A stretch of DNA of 45,768 bases from Bdellovibrionota bacterium (GTDB taxonomy: Bacteria; Bdellovibrionota_C; UBA2361; OMIW01), in contig JBIJBT010000012.1 in assembly GCA_044345055.1 (NCBI GenBank), positions 1 through 45,768 of the forward strand. Direction: 5' to 3'. This document shows positions 36,809 through 45,768 of the stretch, piece by piece; the stretch's first letter is position 1; every line of letters begins with the position of its first letter. Made by a program: the position numbers and the translations under genes. Under the pieces are notes generated by a model. It did no database searches and was not told the origin of the DNA. It was given only the letters and a program-made list of their open reading frames with translations.

Positions 36809-37684
36809 ATGAAGATTCTTCTGTTCGGTGGTTCGGGGCAGCTCGGATACGATCTTATTCGGCAGGCGGGTGATCTTAATTTCGAGATCGTAGCTCCTGT
36901 GACATCGGAGGTCGATATTACCGATCGAGGGGAGGTAAGCCGAATTGTTCGGAACATTGCTCCCTCAATAGTTATTAATAGTGCGGCGTATACTGCGGTT
37001 GATAAAGCTGAGGAAGAGCCAGAGCGGGCTCATGCAGTCAATGCTCTTGGTGCAGAGCTGGTTGCAGAAGCTTGCAACCAGCGGGGGATTCGACTTATCC
37101 ACATTTCAACTGACTATGTATTTGATGGCGAAGCTGATGCGCCACTCAAAGAGGATGCGCCAGTAAATCCTATTAATGTGTACGGAAGGACGAAGCTCGA
37201 GGGTGAACGAGCAGTGCTTAGGATAATCGGTGATAAGGGGCTGGTTGTGCGTACAGCAAGTTTGTACGGTCAGCGGGGTGCTAATTTTGTGGGCACAATG
37301 CTTAAGCTTTTTGGGGAGCGTGAGCGGGTTTCGGTTGTTGCTGATCAATGGATGTCACCAACATGGACTGGGTATTTTGCTGAGGTAGTTTTAGATCTGT
37401 GTAGAATTCCGTGTTCGGGAGTGCTTCATGCGGCGTGTGAGGGCGCAGTTAGCTGGTTTACCTTTGCAGAGGCGATAGCGCGGTTATCATCGGTGAGATT
37501 GCCATCGGGTGAGCGGGCTGTTGTTGAGCCAACAACGGCGGAGGCGTTTTCAAGACCTGCTCGAAGGCCTCGGTATTCTGCGCTCGATTGCGGGAAGCTG
37601 TCAGCGCTTCTTGGGCGGCCGTCGCTTCACTGGGAGGTGGCGCTGAAAGAATACCTTCAAGAGATCGGGAAAGACGGATCGTAA
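36809..37684 (+). CDS. rfbD: dTDP-4-dehydrorhamnose reductase
   Basis: MKILLFGGSGQLG, AAYTAVDKAE, ISTDYVFDG, YGRTKLEGE, DQWMSPT and PARRP.YS. Confidence 0.95.
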   Translation: MKILLFGGSGQLGYDLIRQAGDLNFEIVAPVTSEVDITDRGEVSRIVRNIAPSIVINSAAYTAVDKAEEEPERAHAVNALGAELVAEACNQRGIRLIHISTDYVFDGEADAPLKEDAPVNPINVYGRTKLEGERAVLRIIGDKGLVVRTASLYGQRGANFVGTMLKLFGERERVSVVADQWMSPTWTGYFAEVVLDLCRIPCSGVLHAACEGAVSWFTFAEAIARLSSVRLPSGERAVVEPTTAEAFSRPARRPRYSALDCGKLSALLGRPSLHWEVALKEYLQEIGKDGS

Positions 37685-37727
37685 GGAATTTTTAGGCTTA
37701 AGATCATTGTTGATTGAGAGAGGTCAT

Positions 37728-38852
37728 GTGGCTAAAGGGGATGCGGTGGTGAATCAAGAGGGAGAGGCGAATAGGGAAGTGCTCTCGGGAAATATCCACG
37801 CCGTTATCCTGGCAGGGGGACAGGGAACCCGTTTTTGGCCGATGAGTCGAAAGGCACGTCCAAAGCCGTTTCTTCCCTTCGGTGATGGCCGAGAGAGCCT
37901 TATTCAGGCAACAGCTCGTCGCGCTCTTGAATTAGTCGGCGACAATAGTCGGCTGTGGATAGTGACAAACGAAGTACAACGGGCACTTGCCGAGGAGCAC
38001 GTTCCGGGTGCTCAAATCATCGCGGAATCTTTGCCGAGGAATACGGCAGCAGCAATAGGCCTTGCCGTGGCGCATATTAGAGCGGTTGATCCAACGGCGG
38101 TGATGGTAGTTCTGCCCGCCGATCACGCTATTGAGCGAGAAGATCTTCTATTGACAGCGTTACAAGAGGCGGCATCTTTGGCGATGGCCGAGCCGTTAAT
38201 TGTGACGGTCGGCGTTCCTCCGACCTCTGCTCATACCGGGTATGGGTATATTCGACGGGGGGCATCGCTCAGGGGGGCAGCTTACATGGTCCATCGGTTC
38301 TATGAAAAACCGAATCAGGAGCGGGCTGAGCAGTATGTTAGCTCTGGGCTTTATTGTTGGAACAGCGGGATGTTTATCTCATCGGTTGAGACTGCATGGA
38401 ATGCTTTTGAAGAGCACATGCCGGAGCTTTTTACTGCTCTTGGAAAGTTAACAGAGGCACTTGGTTCGCCAACCTATGAGGAGGCTGTAAAAGTTGAGTT
38501 TGAGCCGCTTGAGTCAATTTCAATCGATTTTGGAGTACTTGAGCTTGCCCGTAACTGCGCGATGGTGTGGTCAGAGCCCTTTGGATGGAATGATATCGGC
38601 TCGTGGGATGCGTGGGCCGATCATTTCGAGCATGATGCCCGCGATAATCTTTTTCGGGGAGATGTTGTTGCTATTGAATCCGAGGGCTGTACGGTGCACT
38701 CTGAGCATCGGCTCTGTGCGCTCGTGGAGGTGTCCAACATTGTGGTAGTTGATTCAGGTGATGCGCTGCTCATCTGCTCTCGCGATCGGGTACAGGATGT
38801 CAAACTTGTTGTTGAAGAGTTGCGAAAGAGGGGCAGAAACGACCTACTCTAG
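37728..38852 (+). CDS. manC: Mannose-1-phosphate guanylyltransferase, monofunctional (no cupin isomerase domain)
   Basis: LAGGQGTRFWPMSR, RNTAAAI, LPADH, GYGYI, FYEKP, WNSGMF and WNDIGSW. Start uncertain; the GTG after GAGG was chosen. Confidence 0.92.
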   Translation: MAKGDAVVNQEGEANREVLSGNIHAVILAGGQGTRFWPMSRKARPKPFLPFGDGRESLIQATARRALELVGDNSRLWIVTNEVQRALAEEHVPGAQIIAESLPRNTAAAIGLAVAHIRAVDPTAVMVVLPADHAIEREDLLLTALQEAASLAMAEPLIVTVGVPPTSAHTGYGYIRRGASLRGAAYMVHRFYEKPNQERAEQYVSSGLYCWNSGMFISSVETAWNAFEEHMPELFTALGKLTEALGSPTYEEAVKVEFEPLESISIDFGVLELARNCAMVWSEPFGWNDIGSWDAWADHFEHDARDNLFRGDVVAIESEGCTVHSEHRLCALVEVSNIVVVDSGDALLICSRDRVQDVKLVVEELRKRGRNDLL

Positions 38853-38905
38853 AGTAATTAGCCTGAAATATTTATAACAGGACATTAATTTTCAAGCGAA
38901 TATAG

Positions 38906-39892
<987 letters not shown>

Positions 39893-40015
39893 TAAAGGGG
39901 CCGGTGAAAGGCAGCTTTAAAAGATGTTGTGATGAATCGGAAGTCATTGCAGTTCAGAATCGATACTGCGTGGTGAAAGGACTGTGGTAAGAGCTAGTGT
40001 GGTGAGGGGGAAACG

Positions 40016-41005
40016 ATGCGTTCATTGGTAACTGGAGCATCAGGATTCGTTGGCTCTCACCTCGTTGAGCATCTTTTGGCGTGTGGCGATGAAGTTATCG
40101 GAACCACCTTCGGAGAGGGTGCAGGGCTTTCATGCCGAACGATGCCTCTCGATATTACCGATCGAGAAGCGTGTCGGCGAGTTCTTGCTGAGGTAAAACC
40201 CGATGCGGTCTATCATATTGCGGGGATTGCCTCTCCACCTGCGGTAGCGGGTGACCCGATGGCATCGCTTCTGGTGAATGTGGGCGGAGTTCACGCTGTT
40301 CTTGGAGCTGCCGCCGCCCTTCCTCAACCACCCCACGTGCTCGTAGTAAGCTCCGGCGAGGTGTATGGGGGGGCGGGCGATAATGGTAAGTCGATCACCG
40401 AAGATATTTCCACGGCTCCCCGCAACGACTACGCGGTTTCAAAAATTATGGCTGAGGAGGTAGCGCTCCTCTTTGCACGCCGAAACAATCTTCCCGTTAC
40501 TATTGCGCGACCCTTTAATCATACCGGACCTCGTCAGAGCGAAGCTTTTGTCGTTGCAGCTTTTGCCAAACAGCTTGCGTTGATAGTTAACGGAAAACAA
40601 CCTCCAATCATTGAGGTCGGCAACCTCGGAGCGCGTCGTGATTTTAGCGATGTTCGGGATGTCGTACGCGCCTATCGCCTTCTCGTCAATCAGGGAGTAA
40701 CCGGTACTTTCAACGTAGCATCGGGGAATGGTGTATCGATAGCGGATATTCTGCGCTACCTAATTGATATCACCGGTGTTTCGGTCACCATCCAGCCCGA
40801 CCCAAAGCGAATGCGCCCCGCCGAGGTGCCGTTAATTGTAGGTTCTGCAGAGAAACTCAAGGAAAAAACGGGCTGGATGCCCCAGTTTACTCTCAAAGAG
40901 ACCTTGGCTGATACGTTGGATTGGTGGGTTCAGGGTGGATTTGGAGGAGAGGTTAAGATCGGACGTGAGAGATTAGGAGAGGTTCGAGCAGTTGGGTTAG
41001 GTTGA
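40016..41005 (+). CDS. rmd: GDP-4-keto-6-deoxy-D-mannose reductase-like extended SDR
   Basis: TGASGFVG, SSGEVYG, YAVSK, RPFNHTGPRQ..FV...FAKQ and VGNL..RRDFSDVRDVVRAY, immediately after gmd. A talose-forming reductase cannot be excluded. Confidence 0.75.
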   Translation: MRSLVTGASGFVGSHLVEHLLACGDEVIGTTFGEGAGLSCRTMPLDITDREACRRVLAEVKPDAVYHIAGIASPPAVAGDPMASLLVNVGGVHAVLGAAAALPQPPHVLVVSSGEVYGGAGDNGKSITEDISTAPRNDYAVSKIMAEEVALLFARRNNLPVTIARPFNHTGPRQSEAFVVAAFAKQLALIVNGKQPPIIEVGNLGARRDFSDVRDVVRAYRLLVNQGVTGTFNVASGNGVSIADILRYLIDITGVSVTIQPDPKRMRPAEVPLIVGSAEKLKEKTGWMPQFTLKETLADTLDWWVQGGFGGEVKIGRERLGEVRAVGLG

Positions 41006-41328
41006 AGGGAGCGGCGAACTTATTTGGTTGGTCATAGCTTCTCTGTGGCTCAGAGAAATAGGGCGCCAAGAAAAGAGAGCGCTAAGGCACGGTGGTTTTT
41101 GATTGGATTTGACGCTCGAAATTGCTCGGTTGATTGCGGGAGTGTTTCAGAGCAGTCGCGTAGTATGAAAGGTAGGCTACGTGGTGTTAGAGGTTTATCG
41201 ATTGAGCGGGGGGCGTGCTTGATTGCGGAGAAAAGGGGGAGTTTGGGAATACTTGAACAGTGGAGAAAAAAGGGACGAACTTGCTTATACAAGCAAATTC
41301 GTCCCTGAGAGTGGTCCTGAGGTAGAAC

Positions 41329-41910
41329 CTACTTGGCCGCCGGGGGAGCAGAGGCCCTGTTTTGCTGCTGTTTCTGGACAGCAGCGCAATTTACTGTCCC
41401 CATAGGTACAGTAAACGATAGCCCCCCACTGACGTACCAGCTGGAGTCTGCAGAGCTACCATATGGGGCTCGTCCTCCAACCAGCCCAGCGTTAAAAACT
41501 GGGACTGGGCAGACTGCCTCCAGTCGGACATCGCCTTGCTCCCACCGAAATGACTCCGAGGGCACCCCTGTTGCTGGAAATGGGGATGGCAGCGATGGTA
41601 GGCTGAGGACGGTTACGTTCGCTGCCCCACCACGCGCGTAGGAATCGCCGCCATTGCCCACACCGAGGGCGGTGGCGCTGCTGGCTGAGGTAGAGTGACC
41701 TCCATCACCACCTCGTCCTCCTGTACCGCCTTGACCGCCCATCCCTCCTGCACCGCCTTGACCGCCCATCCCTCCTGCACCGCCATTATTGGTAATGGCG
41801 GGAGGGGGAGTGGGGGTAGGTAGACCGCATGTTGCGCATGCGTGGGCTGGAGCGTTCGAGGCGAGGATTGAGCCTGCCAGAGCGGCCGCAGCCAAAAAAA
41901 ACCTTTTCAT
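41329..41910 (-). CDS. Secreted Gly-rich (GGX repeat) hypothetical protein, 193 aa
   Basis: Signal peptide MKRFFLAAAALAGSILASNAPAHA; mature N-terminus CATC, then a Pro tract, a GGX tract and a beta-rich C-terminus with 2 Cys. Confidence 0.75.
   Translation of the reverse strand: MKRFFLAAAALAGSILASNAPAHACATCGLPTPTPPPAITNNGGAGGMGGQGGAGGMGGQGGTGGRGGDGGHSTSASSATALGVGNGGDSYARGGAANVTVLSLPSLPSPFPATGVPSESFRWEQGDVRLEAVCPVPVFNAGLVGGRAPYGSSADSSWYVSGGLSFTVPMGTVNCAAVQKQQQNRASAPPAAK
41725..41784. repeat. Perfect 27-bp tandem repeat (about 2.2 copies) encoding GGAGGMGGQ
   Basis: accgccttgaccgcccatccctcctgc twice, then accgcc. Confidence 0.9.
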
Positions 41911-42171
41911 GATAAAGTTGGCATCCCATGGTAAAGAATTGGTATGGAATACCGATGGCACCACCGAACCCGTAAGGTCGATCATTCCATCGCTATTCCA
42001 GCCTAAAACCTTTGCTTCTGCATTTGTGCACGGCGCATCAAAACCGTCAAGACTGTGCAGGGGCTTTATTCACTTCTTGGCTATAATAAGCCATTTTTAC
42101 TCGCCATCTTCCGCTTTGGTTCTCATTCGCCGCAGGAGTGCAGATGGTATCGCTCGCTTGCGGCGGACTTC

Positions 42172-44595
42172 TTACTTCCCTGACGAGATGGCAGACTGCT
42201 CATTTGCCCAATTACGCAAGGCGGCGGATAACGTGCTGGTCGCTACAATCTGTTTTGATGCGGGGGTCAGTTGTTGCTCTCCCAGAGGGACGGGTTGTAC
42301 GAACTTGTCGACAGTTGGTCCCCCATTATTGTCCCGCATCGTTCGAACGAACGGCACCATCGCGAATCTTTGTCCATTATCTACTGACTCGGTAATACCG
42401 GCTGCATCAATGACGAACGAGACCTCCCCTGAAGCTGTTCGAAGTGAGACCCGTTGTTCGGTTAGGTCGCCCCGAGCTTGTATTCCGGCAGGAGGGAAGC
42501 GCTCTAGGATCTTGAGCGGGGTACCGGCTAAGTCTCCTCCCTGTCGAGCGGTCGATGCAAGGAGTTTGTAAACATCAGGCACCGTATTCTTTTCTGCATT
42601 TCGAGCATCTTGATATACCTGGCCCCGGACAACAGCTGTTGGTACCTTGGGATCGGGCGCTACAGTTTGCGAATAAGTTATCTCCGTGAGCTCTCGCAAA
42701 CTTTGTTCACGGATACCAGTTTTCTGTTCTCGCGTTGATGGGCGGGCTTCGGTGTCGGGAGTCTTGACGGAAACCGTTATCGAGGTTGTCGCACGCGTTT
42801 GTCCATCCTTCTGTGTTACGTTGCCTGATGATGATGAGGTCAGTTCAAACTTGTCAGCATAGGTGGGTTTATAGCGATTTATTTTGGGGAGAGGGCTGGC
42901 CTCGCCGGGTTTGAGAGGTCCGTGTCGCAATTCTTGAGCGCGTACTTCAGCCGCGAAGTTCTTTCGAAGGGTGTCGGGGGTTGGTATGTTTGGTTCCCCA
43001 ATTCGAGCAAGGGCGACAGCCTGTAACGATGCAAGCTGTTTCGCAGCAATCTTTGCTGCGGCAGGGTCAGATGATTTTGCAGCCGTTTCGAGAGGGGGCA
43101 CAATTGAGGGGTTGTTTTTTTTGAACCAGCTCCACACAGCGTCGTTCAGCTTTTCTTGTGGAATCAACGTGCCGTCAGGGTTGCGCGGATTGGTCCCCGT
43201 GATTTTCTTAAAATTATCAAGCAAAGCAGTTTGGTCTGACTGAGCGCTACGAGGAAATACATGGACAGCCGCCTCAGCAGGGACGTAGGTAATCGTTACC
43301 GATCTTCCCTTTTCCGAGGAAGGTTGCAACGATTGACCGTCGCGCCCACGGAGTAATGCCTCGGGGATGCTATTGAAGGTAGCGAGAGTTTTCTTCGATA
43401 GCCCTGATTCCGCGATGCGACTCATATCCGTAGCGTTGAGAGCCTGGATAGTTTCCTCGGGAAGGGGGAGTCGTCGTTCGGGGACGAGATTAGGCCCCGG
43501 AATGAAAACGGGGATGACCGGTACAGGGCCAGGAATTCCTGCAATTGCGCCGATGGTAGCAGTAGGACGACCATCAGTTCCTAATAGGTCGAGGGTGCCG
43601 TTAGGCACGTTTGTCACTGGTACCAGGTTATTCGGGGGGCGGAAAGTTGCTAAGGCTCCCGATAGTGGGAGTTGGATTCCGGCCACTTGCAGATTTCGCA
43701 ATCCCAACTGGAAGTCTGCTCCTCCCTTATTCAAGTCATAGTTCGATAACGTTAATCGTGCGTTTGGGCCAAACGGGTCGATGCCGACAGCGGCAGAGTA
43801 AGAATTACTCCCGGAAGGCCCACTGTTCGAGGAATGGAATGATACCTGAGCGGAGGGTAGAGGTCCGCTCGCTGATCCCGAGAAGCCATGCAAGCTACTC
43901 TTAACTGGCTGAGATCCCCAAGACTCGCTTCCTTGAGAGGATTTCGAGACCGTCATCCCAACATTTGGGGAAGATCCAAAAAACCCTCCCAGAACGGAAG
44001 TTGCGCTGGTTTGGCTGGTTTGCTCGGTCAAACCTCCGGGCATAGGCTTTGTGCAACCTTTAGTATTCTGAAGCCCGGCGCTCCCAACCACCCCAACTCC
44101 TCCCGGACCTCCCGTAACACCCAAGCCCCCGGTAACGCTCGGCACCGACTTGCACCATGTCCCCCCGGCCTGAACATACAACTGTTTACCATCGGGCCCA
44201 AACACGACCAACGAAGGTGCATCCTTTGGGGGGACGGTGGTAACCTTCCCGCTTTCTTTAATAAATTTTATCACTCGGGCTATTGATTGAGGGTCCACCG
44301 GCCCAGAGCTCGTTACATTTCCCGTTAGTCGGAGAACCGCCTCGTTTGTGCGATTAGGATCCGGGTTAAGCTGAATTACTGGATTTTTCTTGGTATCTGT
44401 TCCTGGAGTCGGAACGATCGACGCCTCGGTAGGGGAATTGAACGTCGCAAAGCCCCCATTGTCAGTCTGTACGGTTAGCGTCGGAGGAACCTTGGATGCC
44501 GGTGAGGGAGATGCCGGTGACGGCACTGCCGCAGGGAGGGAGGCGGGGGCTGTTGGGGCGGCTCCCGCTTGCTTACCTTCTGGACCTACTCCCAT
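42172..44595 (-). CDS. Large hypothetical Pro/Ser/Thr/Gly-rich protein (about 807 aa) with no signal peptide
   Basis: Long uninterrupted ORF; GGGGAG RBS before the ATG at 44595; no family recognised. Confidence 0.8.
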   Translation of the reverse strand: MGVGPEGKQAGAAPTAPASLPAAVPSPASPSPASKVPPTLTVQTDNGGFATFNSPTEASIVPTPGTDTKKNPVIQLNPDPNRTNEAVLRLTGNVTSSGPVDPQSIARVIKFIKESGKVTTVPPKDAPSLVVFGPDGKQLYVQAGGTWCKSVPSVTGGLGVTGGPGGVGVVGSAGLQNTKGCTKPMPGGLTEQTSQTSATSVLGGFFGSSPNVGMTVSKSSQGSESWGSQPVKSSLHGFSGSASGPLPSAQVSFHSSNSGPSGSNSYSAAVGIDPFGPNARLTLSNYDLNKGGADFQLGLRNLQVAGIQLPLSGALATFRPPNNLVPVTNVPNGTLDLLGTDGRPTATIGAIAGIPGPVPVIPVFIPGPNLVPERRLPLPEETIQALNATDMSRIAESGLSKKTLATFNSIPEALLRGRDGQSLQPSSEKGRSVTITYVPAEAAVHVFPRSAQSDQTALLDNFKKITGTNPRNPDGTLIPQEKLNDAVWSWFKKNNPSIVPPLETAAKSSDPAAAKIAAKQLASLQAVALARIGEPNIPTPDTLRKNFAAEVRAQELRHGPLKPGEASPLPKINRYKPTYADKFELTSSSSGNVTQKDGQTRATTSITVSVKTPDTEARPSTREQKTGIREQSLRELTEITYSQTVAPDPKVPTAVVRGQVYQDARNAEKNTVPDVYKLLASTARQGGDLAGTPLKILERFPPAGIQARGDLTEQRVSLRTASGEVSFVIDAAGITESVDNGQRFAMVPFVRTMRDNNGGPTVDKFVQPVPLGEQQLTPASKQIVATSTLSAALRNWANEQSAISSGK

Positions 44596-44739
44596 TACAC
44601 TACTCCCCTTAATCAATAATCGAACCACTTTCCCTGTTATGCACCATTTACCTTAAACTGTCGCAATTCTCGATTTTAATTTTTTTGAAAAAGTTTTTCC
44701 ACCTTCCTCGACAACGATGTGCTCCGATACCTCTGGTAT

Positions 44740-45768
44740 TCATCCACCGCTTTTCGCATGTTCTATCTTGCCTTTGTGCAACGCAACAGCAGCAACGATC
44801 TGCTCAACTATCTCGGGATTAATAAGAGTCGAGGTGTCGCCGAAGTTTGTGGTTGCACCCGCTGCGATTGATCTTAAGATCCGCCTCATGATCTTTCCGG
44901 AACGGGTCTTTGGTAGTCCTGGAACAAGAAGTACAACCTCGGGGCGTGCTATGGGGCCAATAATCCGGGCAACGGTTTCCTTTATTTCGCGGGCGAGGTT
45001 TTCCTCGGAACGATCGGTGAGGTCGACGATCGCGTAGGCGTAGATCCCCTCTCCCTTTATCGGATGGGGGTATCCCACCACCGCTGATTCAAGGACTTTG
45101 GGGTGCTCATTTATCGCGTTTTCGATCTCGGCGGTGCCGAGTCGATGTCCTGATACATTAATGACATCATCAACCCGACCCAATATTCTTATGTAGCCGT
45201 TCTCGTCCCGTTTCGCGCCGTCACCAGTGAAGTAGAGCCCGGGATACTGCGAAAAATAGCTCTGACGACACCGCTCGTGATCTCCGAAGGTCGTCCGCAA
45301 CATGCCGGGCCACGGAAATCTGATGCAGAGGTTTCCTTCAACACTATTGCCGGTAAGCTCCTTGCCAGTCGTGTCGACGATGACGGGCTGAACACCGGGA
45401 AGGGGCAGGGTCACGTGTGCCGGTTTTGTCGGGGTTATTCCCGCGAGTGGGGCGATCATGATTCCCCCCGTTTCAGTTTGCCACCAGGTGTCAACGACAG
45501 GGCAACGCTCTTTGCCGATATGATGGTGATACCAATGCCATGCATCCTCGTTGAGCGGTTCGCCGACCGAGCCTAATACCCGGAGCGAAGAGAGGTGATA
45601 CGGCTCGATATGATCGTTGCCGAGCGCTTGGAGAGCCCGTATCGCGGTTGGAGCGGTGTAGAAGTGAGTGACGTGGTGCTTGTCGATAATCTCCCAGTAG
45701 CGACCGGGATGTGGGTAGGTGGGGATACCCTCGTAGATAAGGATGGTGCTCCCCGCAAGGAGGGGGCC
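44740..45768 (-). CDS. acs: Acetyl-CoA synthetase (AMP-forming), 3' part; 5'-truncated by the window
   Basis: Frame is open to the window edge (GPLLAGSTILIYEG...); FYTAPTAIR, GSVGEP, DTWWQTETGG, YFTGDGA, GRVDDVINVSGHRLGTAEIE and LPKTRSGKIMRRIL. Confidence 0.96.
   Translation of the reverse strand, partial: GPLLAGSTILIYEGIPTYPHPGRYWEIIDKHHVTHFYTAPTAIRALQALGNDHIEPYHLSSLRVLGSVGEPLNEDAWHWYHHHIGKERCPVVDTWWQTETGGIMIAPLAGITPTKPAHVTLPLPGVQPVIVDTTGKELTGNSVEGNLCIRFPWPGMLRTTFGDHERCRQSYFSQYPGLYFTGDGAKRDENGYIRILGRVDDVINVSGHRLGTAEIENAINEHPKVLESAVVGYPHPIKGEGIYAYAIVDLTDRSEENLAREIKETVARIIGPIARPEVVLLVPGLPKTRSGKIMRRILRSIAAGATTNFGDTSTLINPEIVEQIVAAVALHKGKIEHAKSGG

Noticed and set aside
41024..41308. 94-aa plus-strand and 80-aa minus-strand ORFs between rmd and the Gly-rich gene
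   Set aside because: No convincing RBS or motif; cannot be distinguished from chance ORFs.
41789..42571. 260-aa plus-strand ORF
   Set aside because: Antisense to two better-supported minus-strand genes and has no recognisable motifs.

Overview
A 45.8 kb stretch of bacterial chromosome from a diderm, LPS-producing organism. The gene content (trypsin-like lipoprotein, two PrkA paralogs, sigma54 activators, LptD) suggests a deltaproteobacterial/Bdellovibrionota-like lineage, which is inference only. Left to right: (1) the tail of a receiver-domain gene, an S1 serine protease lipoprotein and a divergent Cys-rich secreted protein; (2) a 12 kb probable operon of ppsA, a group 3b [NiFe] hydrogenase (beta, gamma, delta, alpha), a maturation protease fused in frame to a Zn-finger-less HypA, and hypFCDE, with no hypB; (3) spoVR-yeaH-prkA on the minus strand with a divergent, degenerate second PrkA-like AAA+ gene; (4) a GAF hybrid histidine kinase, then a sigma54-promoter-driven FleQ/FlrA-like activator, a TPR protein and a FleR/FlbD-like activator, with no flagellar structural genes in the window; (5) SH3, bPH_2, hypothetical and Nif3 genes; (6) accD-lptD-rfbB-rfbD-manC-gmd-rmd; (7) two orphan low-complexity proteins and the 3' part of acs. 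I saw no rRNA, tRNA, CRISPR array, transposase or phage gene. The best candidates for undescribed biology are the four-gene PrkA/vWA/SpoVR module, the protease-HypA fusion with an internal start, and the flagellar-type regulator module. All calls come from reading motifs by eye; no searches were run.
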